Virus record (IMG/VR): IMGVR_UViG_3300047357_000359
Location: 9,728 to 73,727 of that record
Reading direction: 5' to 3' (one strand)
Length of the DNA: 64,000 nucleotides
From: a virus
Shown here: positions 57,088-64,000 of the stretch, one piece after another
How the letters are laid out: each line of letters opens with the position of its first letter
Numbering within the stretch: the first letter of the stretch is position 1
Notes under the pieces: model-generated
Seen by the model: only the letters and a program-made list of their open reading frames with translations
What the model was told of the DNA's origin: nothing
The model's database searches: none
Translations under genes and position numbers: made by a program

Positions 57088-57446
57088 CCAATAGCTAATC
57101 TAACAATTATATAATATCCAAAGAAGTGTACCATCTGATCAAACATGTTCAGTACCCAAAATGCTCTTTGGTTTGACTTCCATTGCATCTTTTCTCTTAT
57201 ATGGGTCTTAATGTAGTCGGTATGCCAGTGTAGTACGTAATCAAGTATTCCCAACAGTATAATAAGCTCTAAGGACCCTTGCAAGGTCATTGCAAGTGCG
57301 ACCATAGTTAGTAAACCATGTGGAATATAATGTTGTTGATGTGCCGCCCAACCAAAATATCTTAATTTGGTTGCTCCTAAACCAAAAGGCTGAAAGCCCA
57401 AATCTACAATAGCGTGTTTGAGCATTAATAATAGAAAAATTTCCAA
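57084..57446 (-). CDS. DUF3307 membrane protein
   Basis: KH.IVD..FQ, H..PHG, HWHTDY.K, FW....DQ..H. Confidence 0.8.
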   Translation of the reverse strand: MEIFLLLMLKHAIVDLGFQPFGLGATKLRYFGWAAHQQHYIPHGLLTMVALAMTLQGSLELIILLGILDYVLHWHTDYIKTHIREKMQWKSNQRAFWVLNMFDQMVHFFGYYIIVRLAIG

Positions 57447-57529
57447 CTTGACTTTGCCTCCAGTTTATAGTATATTTATTATATACTGTTGATAAGTATT
57501 TTTAACAGGAACTAACCGAAAGGACATGT

Positions 57530-57718
57530 ATGTTACATAAGATTAGCGATTTGTGTGCAAAAGTAGATGCCATGCACAAAGTATCACAAGAACTTTACAA
57601 GTTAAAGTATGAAAGCCCGGCACCAAAAGACCAAGTACTAATACAAGCTAATATTGAAAACCTTCAAGCATTAGCAGGCGACATATACCATGATAGAAGC
57701 CCTTACGAAAAAGGTTGA
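57530..57718 (+). CDS. hypothetical protein
   Basis: AAGGA RBS. Confidence 0.55.
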   Translation: MLHKISDLCAKVDAMHKVSQELYKLKYESPAPKDQVLIQANIENLQALAGDIYHDRSPYEKG

Positions 57719-57743
57719 CATTACTTACTAACGAGTGTATAAT
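57715..57743 (+). promoter_or_regulatory. consensus sigma70 early promoter
   Basis: TTGACA-N17-TATAAT. Confidence 0.8.
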
Positions 57744-57769
57744 ATATACAAACGTTGAGAGGAATAGGT

Positions 57770-58246
57770 ATGAGAATCAAACTTAGAGGTGCATCGGATT
57801 TTGAAAAAGAATACGCTATCGATGTAGTTAATTTCTGCTGTTCATTATTAATGAGCAAACGCCTACAAGAAAATCTTGATATTACTGTTAAATTTATACC
57901 AGGACTATTTGAAGCATCACGCCAATGCGGTAACTGTATTTGGGAAGATGATTATGTACGTCCAAAAGAATTCACTATTGAAATTGACCCAACCCAAGAT
58001 AAACGTACTATTATTGAAACATTGTGTCACGAGTTAGTACATGTAAAGCAATTTGCTACAGGCGAAATGCGTGATTTACAATCTGATACTGATATAGTAA
58101 ATTGGAAGGGTAAGCGTTACAACCGTACAAAATACCACTATTTTGACCTACCATGGGAAATTGATGCACATGGCAGAGAAGTTGGGTTATTTGTAAGATG
58201 GGCTGAAAGTAGAAACCTAGGCCACTTGCAATGGACTCAGGTATAA
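57770..58246 (+). CDS. zinc metallopeptidase-like protein
   Basis: HELVHVKQ, Y..LPWEIDA. Confidence 0.8.
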   Translation: MRIKLRGASDFEKEYAIDVVNFCCSLLMSKRLQENLDITVKFIPGLFEASRQCGNCIWEDDYVRPKEFTIEIDPTQDKRTIIETLCHELVHVKQFATGEMRDLQSDTDIVNWKGKRYNRTKYHYFDLPWEIDAHGREVGLFVRWAESRNLGHLQWTQV

Positions 58247-58264
58247 ATACGTATATAATAAATT

Positions 58265-58828
58265 ATGCCTAAATACGATAATTGGAATAGCTCAGATGCA
58301 GTAGAACGATCGTTATTAGATAACGACATACACTATCTGAATGGAGAACTTACAGGTGAAAATGTAGGTGAAACAATTAAATGGATCCTTAGTGCTAACC
58401 TAACAAAAAAGCCCAAAAGAACACTTGAACTTTATATTAACACTACAGGCGGAGATCTCTATGAGATGTTTGCTCTTATTGACGTAATGAAGAATAGCTA
58501 TCACAACATAAGCACAGTAGGCGTAGGTGCTATTATGAGTGCAGGATTTATGCTATTTGCAAGTGGTACAAAAGGATATCGTTGGATTGGTAAGAACACA
58601 GGTATAATGAATCATCAACACAGCGACAACATGGATGCCAAAATGCATGATATGAAAGCACAGATGAAAGAGAATAAAAACTGTGAAATGAGATGTATGC
58701 AAATACTACGTGAAGCAACGGGTATGACTATCCAAGAAGTAAACACCAAATTCATCAAAAATCCAAGTGATCAATACTACACAGCCAAACAATTGGTTGA
58801 TCTTGGTATAGCCGACGAAATATTATAG
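58265..58828 (+). CDS. ClpP-like protease subunit
   Basis: LYINT.GG, IMSAG (Ser), MNHQ (His), D.YYTA...GIADEI. Confidence 0.85.
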   Translation: MPKYDNWNSSDAVERSLLDNDIHYLNGELTGENVGETIKWILSANLTKKPKRTLELYINTTGGDLYEMFALIDVMKNSYHNISTVGVGAIMSAGFMLFASGTKGYRWIGKNTGIMNHQHSDNMDAKMHDMKAQMKENKNCEMRCMQILREATGMTIQEVNTKFIKNPSDQYYTAKQLVDLGIADEIL

Positions 58829-58886
58829 GTTGACAAGTTTAGTTTTTGATGTTATTATATTAACATAATTAGGCAAAAGGCAACTT

Positions 58887-59576
58887 ATGGCACAGGCAAA
58901 CGAATACTTAACACACGAAATATTAGCAGTAGCATTCGCAGTACACAGAGTTAATGGCGGATACTATAAAGACACACGTAGGTTTTCAGAAGACACTCCT
59001 ACATTGTTTAGTAATAAAGAAGCAGTGAAGTTTCAATTAGAGTCTAATGGCCCTAATGACTTTTCTTATATTACTATTACTGACGAAGATTATTCAAACG
59101 CAAAAGAAAGTGTAGAATGGTTGCACAAAGATAATGCACTTGCTATTATCGGAGGAACACTAAACGATTTCATGCAAAACATAATGTCAAGTATTTCAAG
59201 CACTACATCAACTACACAGAATATTGGTTTATTATCTGTTGTACCTAAAGTTTATTTTGAATCTCGTGAACGAAAAGAACATAAAAAGGATCTTAAGACA
59301 AACTTTGGTGAGTCAAAATTGATAAGTACTATTGGGAGTAGAGTTGAAGGTAACTTTACCCTACAAGGAATAAAGTTTGTTGACAAGTTTTCTTGTTACG
59401 TTTTGAATGGACATATTGAAGGTGACTTAATTAGTTTTTTCAAGAATTTCGATCAAACTAATGAACTTCCCATTAAAGGAAGCACTTTCAAAATCAGCGG
59501 TAAGGTTAAAAGACATGGTCAGCACTATGTTACCAAACTGCCTGAGACTATACTCAATTACGTAAAGATAGGTTGA
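58887..59576 (+). CDS. hypothetical early protein with OB-fold-like C-terminus
   Basis: Promoter TTGACA-N17-TATTAT at 58830; GKVKRH...T.LNYVK. Confidence 0.65.
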   Translation: MAQANEYLTHEILAVAFAVHRVNGGYYKDTRRFSEDTPTLFSNKEAVKFQLESNGPNDFSYITITDEDYSNAKESVEWLHKDNALAIIGGTLNDFMQNIMSSISSTTSTTQNIGLLSVVPKVYFESRERKEHKKDLKTNFGESKLISTIGSRVEGNFTLQGIKFVDKFSCYVLNGHIEGDLISFFKNFDQTNELPIKGSTFKISGKVKRHGQHYVTKLPETILNYVKIG

Positions 59577-59629
59577 CAATTAACTTGAACTCTTGTATTA
59601 TTAATATAATGTTAGATCAGGAGAGAGGT

Positions 59630-59863
59630 ATGTCAAACGAATACAAGTATGAGGATAGAACTGTAGAATGGGCCGATGACGACTGGGGATTGATTATTGC
59701 AAATGACGGAAGTTTACGTGGACTATATATTCCACCCGGATTTGAAGATGAAGATGTTCCACACTCTATTGTTGTAATATGCAACAAATATTTTGGAGTA
59801 GACCCTAATGATGCAACAGAAGATTTAATTAAACAACCGATGGTAAGTGTAGCCATCCACTAG
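59630..59863 (+). CDS. hypothetical protein
   Basis: GAGG RBS. Confidence 0.55.
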   Translation: MSNEYKYEDRTVEWADDDWGLIIANDGSLRGLYIPPGFEDEDVPHSIVVICNKYFGVDPNDATEDLIKQPMVSVAIH

Positions 59864-59878
59864 TAACAAAGGAGACTA

Positions 59879-60076
59879 ATGAAGATAGAAGTAAGAAATG
59901 GCAACGTAGAAAAAGCCCTAAGGGTAATGAAGAAAAAGTTAAAAAATTCAGGCATGATGCTTGAGCTTAAAGAAAGAATGTATTATAGTAAGCCAAGCGA
60001 AAAGAAAAGAGAAGCGAAGAAACGTGGTATTAAAAGACAAGCCAAACTTCGTAGAGAACGTGAACAAAATATGTAA
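59879..60076 (+). CDS. rpsU: ribosomal protein bS21 (copy 2)
   Basis: IEVRNGNVEKALRVMKKKL..G...ELKER.YYSKPSEKKR. Confidence 0.9.
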   Translation: MKIEVRNGNVEKALRVMKKKLKNSGMMLELKERMYYSKPSEKKREAKKRGIKRQAKLRREREQNM

Positions 60077-60088
60077 GGAGTACATATA

Positions 60089-60730
60089 ATGAAGGCAGAG
60101 ATTCTAGCAAAAAATATCGCAAACGGAAGTGGCGGTCACGGATTAAAACAAGAGATACTAGAACAAATCTTTGCTCAACACGAGGACAAGCTCGACGACC
60201 TGTGTTATACTTTTCAAAAAGTTATTTCTTTAAGTGGTTCTGATTTTTTCAGTACACAGGATATCTCCATTGGTGAGCCACAATCAGGTGATTTTACAAA
60301 GTGGCATCACATTGATTCTAAACATGATGCATCTTGGGGATTTAGTAAAAAAGATGCCGGCTGTTACCTATATGGATATTTTCCGTTAGGTGAACCAGAA
60401 GGTCCCGCAGACTTTCTTAGTAATGAAGTCATTTACATAGGCGAAAGCAGAGCAGTGAGCAGAAACTGTATGCTAGGCAGACGCACAGACTTTAAAGGTA
60501 CTATTCGAAATGAACGCCTTAGCCCTTATGGCTGTGGTACTGCATTTAAGAATAACTATAACATTGAAGACCTTGACCATTGTTACCAGGCATATCTTCC
60601 AATGCATAGTAGCCTAGTTAAGTCATATGAAATGAACTTGTTGTCAGACTATTATAAAAAATATAACAGAGTACCTTTATGTAATCCAGACAACGATTTA
60701 CGTAGAGTTAAATTATTATTAGGTGTATAA
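60089..60730 (+). CDS. GIY-YIG-like protein
   Basis: GCYLYG...VIYIGES..R..E..L...P.CN. Confidence 0.5.
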   Translation: MKAEILAKNIANGSGGHGLKQEILEQIFAQHEDKLDDLCYTFQKVISLSGSDFFSTQDISIGEPQSGDFTKWHHIDSKHDASWGFSKKDAGCYLYGYFPLGEPEGPADFLSNEVIYIGESRAVSRNCMLGRRTDFKGTIRNERLSPYGCGTAFKNNYNIEDLDHCYQAYLPMHSSLVKSYEMNLLSDYYKKYNRVPLCNPDNDLRRVKLLLGV

Positions 60731-61226
60731 ATTGAAATTATTTAAAGATAAGAGTGAAGAGTTTTTTCGCTGGGTAAAGGGTACTGAGCTCGTTGAACTA
60801 GACGATATCGACGTAAGCGAAGATCCTGTTAGACCAGAACTAACTCTTGGCTGGCGTATCACTAACGGTCGTAAGATTTACGGTTTGAAATATGACGATA
60901 CTGTTGAAGGTATTATTTGTATTGCATATACAAACGATATTCCGCATAGTGTTAAAGAACTTGATATGATGAGCGAACTTGCACATTTAAAAGACGAAAA
61001 GAATATTGCTATTGCATATACTGTTTGGTCACGTAAGCGAGGTGCAGGTAAAGAAATTATACACAAAGTATTAGAGTTTGCAAAGAAGGAAGGGATTAAC
61101 CAAGTAGTAACACTAAGTCCTTTAACTCCTATGGCAACACATTTCCATATACGTAATGGTGCTAAACAAATTAGTATCAATAAAGAAACACAGAATTTTG
61201 AATATAACCTAAAGGAGAAGAAATGA
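60723..61226 (+). CDS. GNAT-like hypothetical protein
   Basis: AYTVWS.KRGAGK; VTLSP.T.MA..FH..NGA. Confidence 0.6.
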   Translation: MYKLKLFKDKSEEFFRWVKGTELVELDDIDVSEDPVRPELTLGWRITNGRKIYGLKYDDTVEGIICIAYTNDIPHSVKELDMMSELAHLKDEKNIAIAYTVWSRKRGAGKEIIHKVLEFAKKEGINQVVTLSPLTPMATHFHIRNGAKQISINKETQNFEYNLKEKK

Positions 61227-61456
61227 CGAGAACTGAATACGACAAAACGTGCGAAGTAGTATGCACGGACAATGATAGAGTTGCACAAGCAGATGTTGAC
61301 CATTTTGAAAGTAAAAAGTTTTTAAATATCTTCATGGCAGGTAACAAAATTAAAATGATGTGGAATGGTAGAGTATTTGTAGGAAATGCATTTGGGTTTG
61401 AATTTACTACACCTGGTCCACGTGAATATAAAGTCAACCCTGGAAGAGGATTCTAA
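61223..61456 (+). CDS. hypothetical protein
   Basis: AAGGAG RBS. Confidence 0.65.
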   Translation: MTRTEYDKTCEVVCTDNDRVAQADVDHFESKKFLNIFMAGNKIKMMWNGRVFVGNAFGFEFTTPGPREYKVNPGRGF

Positions 61457-61457
61457 T

Positions 61458-61766
61458 ATGGAAGTTGCAGACAAAATTGCAGAAATGAAGGGCATACCTA
61501 CTAAGGATGACCTCATGAAAATGCTAGAAGAGAATGTTGTAGTTGTTACATTCTTAAAACTAGACGGAGACCAAAGGATAATGACCTGTACACTTAAAGA
61601 GGACATTAAACCAAAAGCAACTAAAACTGATACATTAAGTCAAAAGAAAGTTAGAGAAATTTCTGATAAAGTGTGTTCAGTATGGGACGTGAATGCCAAT
61701 GGGTGGCGATCTTTTAGATATGACAGAGTTCAAACTGTCGAGCTGAAAGATACCGCTAATGATTGA
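61458..61766 (+). CDS. SH3/Sm-like (WYL_2/DUF2693-type) protein
   Basis: VTF.K.DG..R.M.CTL; VWDV...GWRSFR.D. Confidence 0.75.
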   Translation: MEVADKIAEMKGIPTKDDLMKMLEENVVVVTFLKLDGDQRIMTCTLKEDIKPKATKTDTLSQKKVREISDKVCSVWDVNANGWRSFRYDRVQTVELKDTAND

Positions 61767-61983
61767 TTCGCATATACATAATAAATACGTTTCATTAGGC
61801 AAATATACGTTCGTTCATATTTGTCGTTATATGGTTAAATCAGGAATGGTAAAAACTCCAAAAGCCGCAGTAGACTTAATTAATACAGATACTATTGATC
61901 TAAACGAGCTAGTCAAAATAATGTCTCAGCCACCGGCCCCAGAAATAAGTACTACTGAAGATGAAGAATCAACCGACGAATGA
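61759..61983 (+). CDS. hypothetical protein
   Basis: Overlapping ORF. Confidence 0.45.
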   Translation: MIDSHIHNKYVSLGKYTFVHICRYMVKSGMVKTPKAAVDLINTDTIDLNELVKIMSQPPAPEISTTEDEESTDE

Positions 61984-61984
61984 T

Positions 61985-62149
61985 ATGATAGATGGATTGC
62001 GTAGAACAATCCAATCTAAAGCAGATGAAGTTCAGCGAATGCGTCAAAATGGTGCAAAAGCTCAACGGATTTCTGCTGTTCGAGAAGAAGTGTTTAGATT
62101 ACAAAGACAATTAGGAGAGGAGTTAAAAAGATTTAATGCAACACGATAA
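61985..62149 (+). CDS. hypothetical protein
   Basis: Fills gap in the operon. Confidence 0.5.
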   Translation: MIDGLRRTIQSKADEVQRMRQNGAKAQRISAVREEVFRLQRQLGEELKRFNATR

Positions 62150-62861
62150 TAAAGAACTAATCGATTTTTACGATGCACACAAAGACAAGAGCTTTGACTT
62201 TCCTATATTACCTGATAACATTCAACCTTGGGACGGAGTAAGTGTTGCTAAATGGTTTATAGACCAAATGCTACACAGTAATGTAGGTTGGTTAAACATC
62301 GCAGTACGTACAGTTAACGATCCAGGCTACGAACATCTTCCACAACACTTTACAGGTCGAATTGAGTGCGACAAAATTAAAAACCAGTACAAGGGTAAAG
62401 AAACAAATTTAAATTTAGCTAACCATTGGACATTAGCAAGAGAAACAGCACCAGCTTCAAAAGATTGGTGGCATAAATGTTTTCCTTCTGAAAAATATAA
62501 CTTTATTAAAGTAAACTTCATTGAACCATTGCAAGGATTAGGACCACGTATTGATTTAGGTCCTAAAGGTGATAATGTATTTGAAGTAATTGATCACGGA
62601 CTACCTGTTCATTTAGCTATGAAGCGACCTGGACATGATTGTAAGTTAGTAGTAGAAGATTGTGGCATTGTACCAATGAATGAAGGATCAATGTATCTAT
62701 TAAATCCTACTAAACAATATGCATACATTAACACATCATCAACTCAAGATGCACATACACACATTGCTAGTGTTACCTTAGGAGACCAGTTTACAAGATT
62801 TTGTGATCTTATAGCTAGAAGCTACGACATACAAAGTAGGTTACACAATGACCATCAGTAA
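62136..62861 (+). CDS. hypothetical protein (possibly degenerate 2OG-oxygenase fold)
   Basis: C-terminal VP..EG..YLLN......IN pattern without His ligands. Confidence 0.5.
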   Translation: MQHDNKELIDFYDAHKDKSFDFPILPDNIQPWDGVSVAKWFIDQMLHSNVGWLNIAVRTVNDPGYEHLPQHFTGRIECDKIKNQYKGKETNLNLANHWTLARETAPASKDWWHKCFPSEKYNFIKVNFIEPLQGLGPRIDLGPKGDNVFEVIDHGLPVHLAMKRPGHDCKLVVEDCGIVPMNEGSMYLLNPTKQYAYINTSSTQDAHTHIASVTLGDQFTRFCDLIARSYDIQSRLHNDHQ

Positions 62862-63033
62862 AGAATACAAGTACGAAGACCTATTTCACGTTGAAACCAA
62901 AGGACCACGTGCAGGTGAAACTATTTTAACTCTTCCTCCAGAGCTTCTTAAAGAAAAAGGATGGGACGAAGGAACTAAACTTAAAATTGAAGTAGGTGAT
63001 ATGGGTACTCTAATATTAACGGAGATAACATGA
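62848..63033 (+). CDS. AbrB/MazE-like DNA-binding protein
   Basis: ILTLPPELL..KGW.EG..L.I. Confidence 0.7.
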   Translation: MTISKEYKYEDLFHVETKGPRAGETILTLPPELLKEKGWDEGTKLKIEVGDMGTLILTEIT

Positions 63034-63809
63034 GAATTATTGCAGGGCCTTGCCAACACGAATCATACGAACACAGTTTAATGATTGCCAAACATTGCAA
63101 AGCAATTTGTGATAAGTTAGGTATTGACTATTACTTCAAAGCAAGTTTTGACAAAGCAAATAGAAGTAGTATGCAAGGTAAACGTGGTGTTGGACTTATT
63201 AATACACTAAACGACTTTAGAAGATTAAAAGATGCAATACCAAATCTTAAAATTCTTACAGATGTACATGATGTAGACCAAATTGAAAAGTTAGAGATGG
63301 ATGAATTCTGTGACTTAGTAGACGTATTACAAATACCCGCATTCCTTTGTAGGCAAACTGACTTGGTACAAGCGGCATGCGAAACAGGCAAAATTGTTAA
63401 CATCAAAAAAGGACAGTTCTTAGCACCTTGGGACATGAAAGGTATTCTAAGCAAGTGTACTGATGCTAAACAAGTTTGGATAACCGAAAGGGGAACAAGT
63501 TTTGGATATAATACTTTGGTGGTTGATTTCACCGGCCTTAATTATATGCTTGATAATTTTAGCAATCCTATTATATTGGATGCCACACACTCAGTACAGA
63601 AGCCAGGCGGTAATGGAAGTAGTAGTGGCGGTAATCGCGATTATGTGCCTGGCTTATGTAGGGCAGGTAGTGCTTTGGGTATTACAGACTTCTTCTTAGA
63701 AGTACATGATGACCCTGATAATGCCCCAAGTGATGGTCCTAACATGCTACACTTAGATAATTTTGAAAGGGTTATAAATGACATCGTCAGCTATTCTTAT
63801 TCCGGCTAG
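63030..63809 (+). CDS. kdsA: KDO-8-phosphate synthase
   Basis: IAGPC, KASFDKANRSS, QIPAFLCRQTDL, KKGQFLAP, ERG.SFGY, DATHSVQ. Confidence 0.95.
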   Translation: MRIIAGPCQHESYEHSLMIAKHCKAICDKLGIDYYFKASFDKANRSSMQGKRGVGLINTLNDFRRLKDAIPNLKILTDVHDVDQIEKLEMDEFCDLVDVLQIPAFLCRQTDLVQAACETGKIVNIKKGQFLAPWDMKGILSKCTDAKQVWITERGTSFGYNTLVVDFTGLNYMLDNFSNPIILDATHSVQKPGGNGSSSGGNRDYVPGLCRAGSALGITDFFLEVHDDPDNAPSDGPNMLHLDNFERVINDIVSYSYSG

Positions 63810-64000
63810 ATTTGCTAGTACACGTTTTCCTGGCAAGCCATTAGCTATGTTGGGCAAAAAGACTATGATCAGACGTGTGTATGACGCTTGTATTGCGTCT
63901 AAGATACCAACATATGTAGTAACTGACAGTATGCAGATATACAACCAGTTCAATGCAGACACTTGTTTTATTGAAGAAACGGAGTATGAAAACGGAACTG
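63778..64000 (+). CDS. kdsB: CMP-KDO synthetase (partial, runs off window)
   Basis: Manually translated MTSSAILIPARFASTRFPGKPLA. Confidence 0.85.
   Translation, partial: MTSSAILIPARFASTRFPGKPLAMLGKKTMIRRVYDACIASKIPTYVVTDSMQIYNQFNADTCFIEETEYENGT

Noticed and set aside
62848-63033. Toxin-antitoxin pair
   Set aside because: The AbrB/MazE-like gene has no recognisable toxin neighbour.
1-64000. Bacterial chromosome origin or alternative genetic code
   Set aside because: Metabolic genes are isolated among phage-type ORFs with T4-like late promoters, and TAA, TAG and TGA all terminate conserved genes at the expected positions.

Overview
This is a 64-kb AT-rich, gene-dense fragment of a large T4-like myovirus genome in the standard genetic code. 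The host is most likely a marine alphaproteobacterium. Evidence for that host: Shemin-pathway hemA, a circularly permuted two-piece tmRNA, DUF1127 genes, a hemO/pcyX-type cassette and a ROSE element. Phage hallmarks are recurrent T4-late-type (T)ATAAATA promoters, sigma70-type early promoters, nrdA/nrdB/glutaredoxin, a PAAR spike, a beta-helix tail protein, a block of putative head-internal proteins, several 2OG-Fe(II) oxygenases and tRNAs. Auxiliary genes cover tetrapyrroles, oxygenases (AlkB-like, a Rieske-less ring-hydroxylase alpha subunit), nucleotide and polyamine metabolism, surface remodelling, and translation/proteostasis. The most notable signals lie outside the ORF track. (1) A class IIb aminoacyl-tRNA-synthetase core lacking an anticodon-binding domain sits 6 nt upstream of a non-canonical 100-nt tRNA with an Asn anticodon on a Leu/Ser-type body. 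(2) An apparent Trp leader-peptide transcription attenuator controls a tRNA-Trp gene. (3) There are two likely programmed -1 frameshifts at A9 tracts. (4) A glutamine (glnA-type) riboswitch precedes a small basic ORF. (5) An 18-bp perfect palindrome occurs twice. All calls are by eye; no database searches were run.
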